Shown: positions 1 through 10,270 of the stretch, in pieces
Position numbering within the stretch: position 1 is the stretch's first letter
Layout of the letters: each line of letters starts with the position of its first letter
NCBI RefSeq assembly: GCF_009914755.1
Contig: NC_060928.1
Reading direction: 5' to 3' (one strand)
DNA: 64,000 bases
DNA from: the human T2T-CHM13v2.0 reference genome, Homo sapiens
Position numbers and translations under genes: made by a program
The notes under the pieces: generated by a model
Told to the model about the DNA's origin: nothing
Seen by the model: only the letters and a program-made list of their open reading frames with translations
Database searches by the model: none

Positions 1-1595
1 AATGTCTATTCAAATCTTTTGCCCATTTTTTAAATCAGATTATTGGATTTTTTCCCTGTAGTTTAAGCTCCTTAATTATTCTGGTTATTAATCCCATGTC
101 AGATGAGTAGCTTGCAAATTTTTTCTCCCATTCTGTGTCTTGTCTCTTCACTTTGTTGATTGATTCCTTTGCTGTGCAGAAGCTTTTTAACTTGATGAGA
201 TCCCATTTGTCCATTTTTGCTTTGGTTTCCTGTTCTGGCAGGGTATTACTCAAGAAATTATTTCCTAGTTGAAAGTCCTGGAGAGTCTCCCCAATGTTTT
301 CCTGTAGTGGTTTCATAATTTGAGGTCTTAGATTTAAACCTTTAATCCATTTTGATTTGATTTTTGTATATGGTGAAAGATAGGGGTCTAGTTTCATTCT
401 TACGTATATAGATATCCAGTTTTCCAAGCACAATTTTTTAAAGAGGCTATCTTTTCCCCAGTGTATGTTCTTGGGAATGTATATTCCTCACCTGTTAGAT
501 GAAAAGTTCTGTAAATATCTATCGAGTCCATTTGTTCTACAGTGCAGCTTAAGTCTGATGTGTCTCTGTTGAGTTTCTGTCTGGGAGATCTGTCCAGTGC
601 TGAAAGTAGAGTGTTGAAGTCTCTAGCTTGTATTGCATTGAGGTCTATTGCTCTCTTTCGCTCTAATAATACTTGCTGTATATGTCTGGAAGCTCCAGTG
701 TTAAGTGCATATATGTTTATAATTGTTATGTTCTCTTGCAGAATTCTCCACTTTATCATTATATAATGACCTTCTTGTCTCTTATTAGCCATTACCTGGT
801 TAGCATCTATGTTCACTCAAGGCCCTAGTGCTCTACAATCAGCAGGTAGTGAAGCCAAGCAGGTTTGTGTCCTTTCATTAAGTACAGTGAGTTCTTCCAG
901 GCTCTAGGCAGGTCCAGAAATGCTGTCTAGGAGCCAGGGATCGAAGCAAAAACTTTAGAAATTTACCTGATGTTCTATTCTCCCGTGACTAAGCTGGCGC
1001 TCAAACAGCAATATAAAGTCCTTCCCACTCCTCCTTCTCCTTTCCACAGGCAGAAGAGCCTCTCCCTGTGGTCACCACTACCACCGGCCCAAAGCGGGTT
1101 CTGCCAGGCCACCGCCCATATTCACTTAAAGCCCAAGGGCTCTTCAGTCAGCTTGTGGTGAATGCTACCAGGCCTAGGACTCACCCTTTTAGCCCAGGGC
1201 ATAAATGTTGTCCAAGAACTTAGGCCTAGACTTAGGGACCCCAAGAGCCTGCCTCTTGCTCTCCCCCACTGTGGCTGATCTGGTGCCCATGGTGCAAGAC
1301 AAAGTCATCTTTACTTTACCCTCTGCTTTTCTCAGACAGAAGGAGTCTTTCATCATAGCCACCATAGCTGGGAATGTGCTGGGTCACACCCAAAGAGAAC
1401 ATGTCTCAGAACACAAGCCCACGGTGTACTATTTGGGTATCACCACTGGTTATTCACGGTCCAAGGGCTTTTTAGTCAGCAGGTGATGAATCCTGCCAAA
1501 ACTGAGTCCTTCTCTTCAAGGTAGCAGGTTCCCTTTTGGCTCAGTGTGTGTCTAGAAATGTCATCTGGGAGCCAGATTTTGGAATGGGGGCCTCA
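1..1595 (-). mobile_element. Old L1 (L1MA/L1M-type) remnant with two large internal deletions; continues beyond the left edge of the window
   Basis: 1-~475 encodes ORF2p C-terminal peptide ([18 protein letters not shown]; ORF 35..433). ~475-785 encodes endonuclease peptide (EGHYIMIK...NIYA...DFNT...DIYRTFH; ORF 400..816). ~790-1595 resembles an L1M 5'UTR. Confidence 0.85.
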
Positions 1596-1819
1596 GAAAA
1601 TGGGCATTTTATCCACCTCCTGTCCCAAGTTAGGATTGGTCCAGAACACAGGGTGCAGCTAAAGCTGCAATTGAACAGATCAGTGACCTATAAGGATTCG
1701 AAATAAAGAATTGAGGAATGAAGACTCTCACCTTCACTAGGGATACACAGATTGTTCCAAATCCACGAGGTGAAAATCATAAAAGAGAGTATCCCTGTAA
1801 TCCACCCACTTACCAACCA

Positions 1820-2250
1820 TTAATTCATCAATTGTTGACTGTCTGATCTATGCTTGGACTCAAGCTATGTCCTCAGGATACAGAAAAGAACAAAGCGAGC
1901 CTGATTTCTCCCTTTATTGAACTTACTAACACCAGAGCATGCATAACACTATTGATTGATTGGTTAATCTCAGAAAATACTTGATGTAGTGGATTGACTG
2001 CTTAAATATGGAAGTGTCCCTTGCAACAAGGGGTATAATAAAATTGTGTAGCAGAGAGACAAAACCTAGCCTAGGGGAACAGAAAGCCTTTCCAGAGGAA
2101 GTGACGTTTAAACTGATGCCTTGATTTTGAATGGGGTGAGGAGGGTCAGAGTTAAGAAAGTACCCATCAGAGTGAATAGCCTGTGCAAAAGCCCTGAATG
2201 TGGAAGTTGCCCTGCACACTGCAAAAGTCAAAAGAAGGTGGCTACTCACC
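1820..2250 (-). mobile_element. L2 3' fragment
   Basis: Degenerate L2 3' motifs (ttcatcaattgttga...ggatacagaaaagaacaaa...ccagaggaagtgacgtttaaactga...gcctgtgcaaaagccctga). Confidence 0.65.
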
Positions 2251-3345
2251 CCTGTGACAACAGAGGCAGAAGAGAATTATCTTAGAGGGGAACATGGAGA
2301 AGGGCTGGTGGGCACCATAGGAAGTGTCTATGAAGTGGCCAGTTCAGTTTAGTTACTTTATGGGTGACAAGAACCTCTTTAACTCTCTGCTGCCTTTTCT
2401 GTCTTTATGCTAAGCCCAAAGGGCGAGGAGGTGAAAGGTCCTCATCTTTATATCTTGAAAACCTCATCTTCTCCGCAGCAGGAGTTCTCAAATGGCCTCG
2501 AGTTGGTATTTGGAGAGCAGTTCCAACTCTGGCCTTGTGAAGAGTCATCTATGAGCAATGGAAGTTATTTCTGTGTCAGCTCCTCGGATCAGAGGCAGCC
2601 GAGCATCCTGGATCCTCATGGCAGGCTCCATGTCACCATGTAGCTGAAGAAAAGGGACTTGGAACTCTGCCAGGTATAAGCTCTAGTACTGAGGAGCTAA
2701 AGGGTGTGTTTTAAGCTACTTCAAAACCTATGATTTTTTTTTTTTCTCTTTGAAGCTCATTACGGCGCTGAGCCAACTATTAGGAATCCCACTGAAATCT
2801 GATGCCAAAAAGCAGTATAGAGGTATAATTTTTACCCCATTCAAGCATCCTGCTTTGCTGAAACCCATCTCATTGTAAAACTACAGAATAGCATATAGCA
2901 TGTATTCTTTCCCCCATTTATAAGTGAAATTATTTTAGCAAGAGTTTTATTTGTGTATTTATGTACAAGGATGGGTGTCACACCTTTGATTGAGTAAATA
3001 CCAACTGTATGCAGCTAGAATAATTGAGTGCACAGGCTTATTTCATTTATTTCATAAATATTTAAAGATACCAACTATCTGTGAGGCCTACTTCTAGGTA
3101 CTAGAGATGCAGTAGAGAAGAGATTCACAAAGTTACTTTTTGTGTAGTGCTTATAATCTATAGTTGAGGCAATAAATAGATACCAAAAAAAAGGAAATAA
3201 AGACAGAGGCAGAGAAAAGAAAAAAAAGAAAGGATGAAAGGAAGGAAGCAAGGGGAGGAAAAAGGAAGTGAGGGAAGACATTTCAGGCAGTGATAACTAG
3301 TAGAAAAATTAAAAGGATAGTGTGAATAAACCATACTTGGACATA

Positions 3346-3874
3346 TGTTCTGATTAATTATTGCTGTGTAACACTACTCCAAAACTTAGTGGCTTGACAC
3401 AAAATTGTGTTTTGTTTACAGTTGTTGTGGATTGAGAATTCTGGAAAGATTCAGCTGGATGATGTGTCTATGATCCACACAGCAGCAGCTGGGGCAGGAA
3501 GATTCACTTCCAAAAACCATTCACATGTCTAGCACCTCAGAGTCTCTCAGGGTGTTTCTCTCTCTCTCTCTGTCTCTCTCTATATAATCACATGGCTTTT
3601 TATCCTTAAGAGTTGCTCCATGTGGCTTGTGTTTCTCAAAGTATGGCAGTTAAGGGGATTCACACTTGTAGTTACATGGCAACTTGCTTCTAAATGTGAG
3701 TAAAATTTGCCAACATCTTATGGCCAGAGCCTAGAAACTAATGCAACACTTCTACCATATTCTCTTGGTGTGAGCAGTCACAGAGCCCACCCAGACTCAA
3801 GGAGATGCTGTATAAACTCTAACTCTCCAAAGGAGAGGTACCAAAGCATGTGTTGCTATCTTTAATTCACCACA
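3346..3874 (-). mobile_element. MLT1 (ERVL-MaLR) solo LTR
   Basis: Starts tg..., contains tattgctgtgtaacactactccaaaacttagtggctt, ends ...caccaca; typical reverse-strand MLT1. Confidence 0.8.
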
Positions 3875-4344
3875 GGGTCTCCAGCATAGTGTTGAGTGAT
3901 CAAGGATGGCTTTCCACCTAGGCGGCATTTGAACTGAGTCCTGAATGACAAAAAGAAACTAAAATGCTTACTTCTGACAGCAGACTATACTAGGCAGAAA
4001 TAACAGCAAGTACAAAAACCCTAGAGCATCAAAAATTGATATATTTAAAAGGAGCAAAAGCTATGGCAGATAGGGCTTGGTGACTGAGAGGGAGATTTTA
4101 AGGAGATGGGGTAGGAAAAGTAGTCAATAGGCCCTGAACTGAAATTCATATACTATTCTTAGTGTGAGAGAAGGCATTGGAAACTTTTGAAATTAGTGTG
4201 AACTAATTTACATATTTAAAAGATTATAGAGGTTCAAGAATAGCAGTTGGAAGAGTAGTAAGGGAACTATTACAGTAACCCAATTAGGAGATGATAATGA
4301 CTTGGACTAGGTTGATTCCAGTGGAGATGGATTTGAGATGAATG

Positions 4345-4880
4345 TAGGTATAAGTATAGATATAGGTATAAATAAGTATGGGTAAAGGTGTAGGTGCATA
4401 TGTAGGTATAGGTACAGTCATAGAGATATATATATATGTAGATATAGTACAAAGATAGGGATATGTTGCTATAGATATAAATAGAAATAGAGATTTAGAT
4501 ACAGATACGCATAGAGAAATTGATGTAGAAATAGACATACATATAGAATTAAAGATAAGGTATACAGATAGAGATAAAGATGTACTGTCATTCCTTGGTA
4601 TACTCATAGGATTGGTTGCAGAACACCCACATATACCCAAATCTGCACATATTCAAGTCCTGCAGTTGGTCCTGTGGAATCTGTATACAGGAAGTTTTGC
4701 ATCCAGGAAATATTGTATTTTTGATCCATTTTGGTTGAAAAAGAATCCATGTATAAGTGGACCTGCACAGTTAAAACCCATGTTCTTCAGGGGTTAACTG
4801 CACAAATATAGATTTAGATAAAAATAGAGCTAGATATCAATATAGAAATTGATATATGTATTTAGGCAGAGATAGAGACA
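4345..4880. repeat. Degenerate (TAGRTA)n hexamer repeat split by MER8
   Basis: Repeating taggta/tagata/tagaaa units at 4345-4580 and 4805-4880. Confidence 0.8.
4585..4800 (+). mobile_element. MER8 (TcMar-Tigger MITE)
   Basis: Resembles MER8 throughout: ...cttggtatac...gattggttgcagaacaccc...aagtggacctgcacagttaaaacccatgttcttcaggggttaactg; preceded by TA. Confidence 0.85.
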
Positions 4881-5209
4881 CAAGAACAAAGAGAGGTATT
4901 TGAGATGGAGACAACAGAATTTGCTAAAGGATTAGTAAAGGGGTGAATATATAAAACATCTCAAGGATAACATGAGCAACTGGAGGCAGAGTAATGCTGT
5001 ACTTTGAGTTAAGGGAGACAGAGTTATGGATATTATTCCATAAAGAGGTAAAATAAGCCCAAGGAAACTTCTGAAATCTGCAATACTTGAGGGGGAAATG
5101 TCTAAAGTTCTATAGGTACCTACTGATTTTTTTTTCTTTTTCTCTCTCACATAAACAGTCTCCCTTGCCTCTATATTTTATCATAGCAGTTCCCACCTCT
5201 GAAATATTG

Positions 5210-5452
5210 TAATGGGCAAAGCATCATAGACTTTGGAGAGAAACAGGCCTATATTTAAACCCCACTTCTGCCATACATAAGCTGTGAACTGTGGATAAAT
5301 TCACTCACATCTTTAAGCTTAAGTTTCTTCAACTACAAAATGGCAATAATTTTATCTGTCTCATAGGACTGCTACAAAAATTAAAAGTAAAAAATGTGTA
5401 TGATGAATTTAGCACCATATCTAGAAATGAGTAGGGCTCAAGAAATGTTACT
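5210..5452 (+). mobile_element. MIR SINE
   Basis: agactttggag...aagctgtgaact...agtttcttcaactacaaaatgg...ctcaagaaatgtta. Confidence 0.8.
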
Positions 5453-5484
5453 CTCATTTTTCTGATATTCTTGAACTTTTCAAA

Positions 5485-5722
5485 ATCCTACTTGTTCTTC
5501 AAGACCCAACCTTTCTTAGCTGCTTTATGAAACTTTTTCAATCATCTCCGTTCCTCATTGCATTATTCCAAATTTATTTTCATGGAGCTAATGCAATTCC
5601 GCAATCAAACTGTAATTTTCTTGAAGGTAGTGATTCACTCTTAAATATCCTCCGTTTTCTATAACATCCAGCCCAAAGCTGAGCATTCCATAAGTACTCT
5701 ATAAATCCCTGTTGATTGATTT
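5485..5722 (+). mobile_element. L2 3' end
   Basis: aactgtaattttcttgaaggtag...ataaatccctgttgattgatt tail. Confidence 0.55.
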
Positions 5723-6394
5723 CTATCTCTTTCTTTTTGGTAAATTAAGTAGTTCTCCACCAAAATATTGAAGATCCAATGAAAAATTGACTGTAAAATA
5801 TATTTAATATATAGAGTTGAATGGGTTTTCTCAGCTAATATGACAAGGACTTTTAAGGGAACTTTTTTGATTTTCCTATTCTTTTCAGGTAGTTCTCATA
5901 CTAAACAGAATCTTATAGATGTAAAAATGAAGACCTCTGTAACAAATGATTTTTTTTCTATTAAGTTTTCTGAAGGCTAGACAATCAACATCTACAAATC
6001 ACACTGATGTGTCGTAGTATTAAATGAATTGTATTATATTAGAACATTAGTGAATACTGAAAAATTTGTTCAATACTCTTGATATAAAATTTACCTCTGA
6101 AAATTTAACCTCCTGAGAAAGACATTGTATATTGCATTTTAAAATGTATTTGTGAAAACTAGTTTGTTTTATTAAAAATGGGAGTACTGGGCAAAGTTAC
6201 ATATTAAAATAACATCTTGTTCTGCTCTCTGAACATGAAAATACTCCCTTTCTTACACAACCTATAAAGGCATGCTCACCAAAGTTGGGGCTCTTCCTAT
6301 CTCTAGGAAACTTATCACCATTCAGAATGAAGCTTTGTCTTTGCCAAATATCTTTAATGTGAAGAGAGTTTCTCTTCTTGTAGAATTGTTTTCT

Positions 6395-6708
6395 TCTTTT
6401 TGTTTTTGTTTTGTTTTTTTTAGACAGGGTCTTGCTCTGTTGCCCAGGCTAGAGTGCAGTGGCGTGATTCACAGCTCACTACAGCCTCTACCTCCCAGGC
6501 ACAAGCAATCCTTCCACCTCAGCCTCCTGAGTAAATGGAACTACAGGTGCACCCGCCACACCAGACTAATTTTTTTTTCTGTGTTTTTTGTAGAGACAAG
6601 ATCTGGCTATGTTGTCCAGGCTGATGAGGGACCTCTAGGCTTAACTAATCCTCCCACCTCAGCCTCCCAAAATGGTGGCATTACAAGCATGAGCCACCAC
6701 ACCTGGCC
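6395..6708 (-). mobile_element. AluJ
   Basis: agacagggtcttgctctg...cacagctcactacagcctc...ccacacctggcc; J-type diagnostic positions. Confidence 0.95.
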
Positions 6709-9129
6709 TTTTCTGGTTGAAACTTTACAATGTGTTTGTGAAATTATTTATCTTTGATTTGGGAATCTCTATTTTCCAGAAATATTTATTTTATTTCCTT
6801 ATTGTCTTTCTAGTAACTTACTGATCTTAGTATTTAGTGATTTTCTACATTGAATACTTTTACAAAATGATAATCTTTATTTTAATAACTTAATATCATG
6901 TAAGATATTTCAAATAATGTATAGACTAATATTCCCTTAGTGCACTGTGCAAGTCCTTTTGTTGGCATATTCTTCTTATCAAAATCACAAACACAGCATT
7001 CTATAACAAACACTACATATAACCACACACAAAAAAGAAAATTATAAGAAATATCAAGAGTGGCCAAGATGGCCGGCTAGAAGCAACTGGTGTGTGTGGC
7101 TCTCATGGAGAGAGATGGAAGGGGTGAGTAGATACAACACCTTCAACTGAAACATTCAGGTACTTGCATTGGGACTAATCAAAGAAACAACTTGACACAT
7201 GGAAAATGAAGAAAAGAAAGACAGGAGGACAGCCCACCCAGGAGCAACACAGAGCCGGGACAACCTCCCATATCAAGGGAAACAGTGAGTGAATGTGTGA
7301 CCTGGGAAACCCCACTTCTCCCACAGATCTTTGCAACCCTCAGGTCAGGATATCTCCTTGTGAACCCACTTCACCAGGGCCTTCAGTTGGACAGACAGAG
7401 CTATATGGATTTTTGGCACTCGTGGAGACGCTGGGACCTTAGATACCTGGGCTCCAGACTTCCTGGTAAAAGTAACTGCAACTCCAGCAAAGTGGGAGGT
7501 TAGACCCGTGCATATAACCCAAGGAAATAGGCTGAATCCAGAGGGCTCAGCAGCGACAGCCTGAAGGCCCCACTTCCATGACACCTCACAGGATAAGACC
7601 CACTGGCTTGGAATTCCAGCCAGCTCCCAGAGCATCATTGCACTTCCTAAGAAGGAGATCCTGGTGGGAGGGGCAGGCAGCCATCTTTGCTCTTTGGGCA
7701 CCTTAGCTTTTCCAGCCTTCAGGCTTTGGAGAATCTGAGCTGACCAGGGGAAGGGATCCTCAAGCACAGCACAACAGCTCTACCAGAATGTGGCCAGACT
7801 GCTGCTTTAAGCAGGTGCCCGATCCTATTCCTCCTCACTGGATAGGACCTTCCAACAGGGGCCTCCAGCCACCCCTGCCCATGTCCCCCAGCTGACAGAG
7901 ATTTGAATCCTCCCTGAGATACTGCTCCCAGAGGGAGGGGTGGGCTGCCATCTTTCTCATTTGGGCAACTTAGGCATTCTAATATTCAGGCTTCAGAGCA
8001 TCCAAGGTAACTGCAGGCTGAAGTGGACCCCCAGCACAGCATAGATGCTCTACTAAAATGTGGCCAGACTGCTTTGTTAAACAGGTCAATGATCCCAATT
8101 TTCCTCGCTGGGCAGGACTTCCTAACTGGGGTCTCCAGCCACCTCCTACAGATGCCTTTGGTCCAGCAACAGGCCCATACTTCACCTCCCTGGGATGAAG
8201 CTCCCAGAGAGAGGGTCAGCCCCCCATCTTTGTTGTTTCTCAGGCTTCACTGGTGATACCTCCAGGTGCTGGGAAATCTGAGGCAACTAGGGACTGGAGC
8301 AGGCTCCCAGCATACCACAGCAGCCCCACAGAAAAGTGACCAGACTGCTACGTGGGTGCTTGTTCCCATACCTACTCAATGGGCAGGTCCTCCAGGCCTG
8401 GGCCTCAGCCACCTGCCACCAGAGGTATTGAGCCAGTACCAATTCACCAACTCCGTGGACAGAGCCTCCAGGGGCAACTGAAAGCCTCTTTGCCACTGCC
8501 TCTGCAGTGGAACTGCCCTTGCCACCCTTGCACTAACAAAAGAGCAAAGACCTTAAATGCCTTATCCACACCTCCAGCAAGCTGCAGTCGACCCAAGGAC
8601 AGGAGGCCAGTCTGTCTCCCAAGGGTTTCACATATCCCCCACTGCTTGTCACCAGGCAGAGAAGTCCTGGCTTAGGCCCACAACACAGACCCTCCACCCA
8701 GGGCTGATTGCGCCAAGCAATTCCTAATCTGCATCTCTCTGGGGTGGAGCCCCCAGGAGACAAGCAAACCACTATTGGCCACAGCCATTACTAAGGTCCC
8801 TCCCTCTGCTGCCTCCAAGCTGGGGAAGGAACATAAACACTGAGATCTCCCCAGAGCTGCAGTGGCAACCCAGGAGTGTCAAGTCATGATCTACTGCCAG
8901 CACTCAAGGTAGGGAGGAATGCGTGCTTTCAGAACATTGAGAGGGAACATGGCTGCAACTGTGAGGAAACATAAGGGAGCCACACAACTGAGCAAGAGTC
9001 TACCAACTCACCAATAAGCCTAAGTGCCACCTGCTGGATCACACCCCAAAACTTCAACACCAAAAATACCATGCTTGTTTATCCCCCTCTGAAACCAGAG
9101 TCAAGAAGTTAGCTTCAAATAAAGACTCT

Positions 9130-10180
9130 GCACAAAGCATTGGCCAGGTGAAAACATCCAGAAAATAAGTTGATTGACTGTAATCAACCTTCACTGCAGT
9201 TAAAGAAACACCCATGCTCAGTTCTCCAACAAGTTCTTAACCAGCCTGAACTGGCTGGAATGACAGAACTAGAATTCAGAATATGAATAGAAGCAAAGAT
9301 CATTGAGTTTCAGTTGGATGGCAAAACCCAATCCAAGAGAAATAAGAATCACAATAAATAATACAGGAGCTGAAGGATGAAAACACTGGTAAAAAAAAAA
9401 AAAAAAAAAAGAGCATGACAGCTGAATAACACAATACAGATAACACAATCCAAGAATAACACAATACAAGAGCTGAATAACACAATATAAGAATGTTTGC
9501 AATCACAAGTATTAATGGAAGAATAAACCAAGCTGAGGAAAGAATCTCAGAACTTGAAGACTGGTTCCCTGAAATAAGACAGTCAGACAAAAATAAAGAA
9601 AAAAAGAAAATAAATAAACAAACAAAACCTCCAAAAAGTATGAGATTATGTAAAGAGGCCAAATCTATGAACCATTGGCATTCCTGAAAAAGAAGGGAAG
9701 AAAGTAAACAACTTGGAAAATATATTTCAGGATATTGTCCATGAAAACTTTCCCATCCTTGCTGGAGAGGCCAACAGTCAAATTTAGAAAATACAGAGAA
9801 CCTTGGAGGCAAGATCTATGCAAGAACCTCCCCAAGACACATAATTGTCAGATTTTCCAAGATGCACATGAAAGAAAGAATGTTAAAGGCAGCTAGAGAG
9901 AAAGGGCAGGTCACCTACAAAGGGAACCCCATCTGGCTAACAGTGCACCTCTCAGCTGAAACCCAACAAGCCAGAAGAAATTGAGGGCTAATATTCAACC
10001 TTCTTAAAGGAAAAAACATCAACCAAGAATTTCACACCCAGCCAAACTAAGCTACCTAAGGGAAGGAGAAATAAGATCCTTTTCAGATAAGCAAATGTTG
10101 AGGGAATTCATTACCACCAGACCTGCCTTACTAGACATCTTGAAAGGAATATTAAATGTAGAAAAAAATAACGCTACCAG
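9130..10180 (+). pseudogene. Disrupted L1 ORF1p
   Basis: Peptide ITSINGRINQAEERISELED (ORF 9493..9687) plus downstream ORF1 nucleotide motifs; multiple frameshifts. Confidence 0.85.
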
Positions 10181-10270
10181 CTAACACAAAAACACACTTA
10201 AACACGCAGATCAGTGTCATTATAAAGCAACTGCACAAACAAACCAATGTAATAACCAGCTAACAGCACA

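Larger units (their letters stand above)
3040..5110 (-). mobile_element. Fragmented L2, interrupted by an MLT1 LTR, a hexamer repeat and MER8
   Basis: L2 tail (tttcatttatttcataaatattt...tagagatgcagtag) at 3040. L2 resumes at ~3890 (atttgaactgagtcctgaatgac, aacagcaagtacaaaaaccctag) and again at ~4890. Confidence 0.65.

Noticed and set aside
4270-4640. Tyr/Ile/Ser-rich ORFs here and at 42726-43155
   Set aside because: Translations of simple repeats.
6272-6757. Alu-derived ORFs (this one, 23375.., 26321.., 27023.., 36036.., 45330.., 48104.., 59001.., 59875..)
   Set aside because: Typical antisense-Alu translations (e.g. [18 protein letters not shown], poly-F); not genes.
7285-8772. Cluster of overlapping ORFs on both strands
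   Set aside because: They lie in the GC-richer L1 5'UTR monomers where stop codons are rarer; no recognisable protein.
7660-9495. CRISPR-like repeat-spacer array
   Set aside because: The repeats are diverged tandem duplications within an L1, with no constant-length unique spacers and no cas genes; the DNA is primate.
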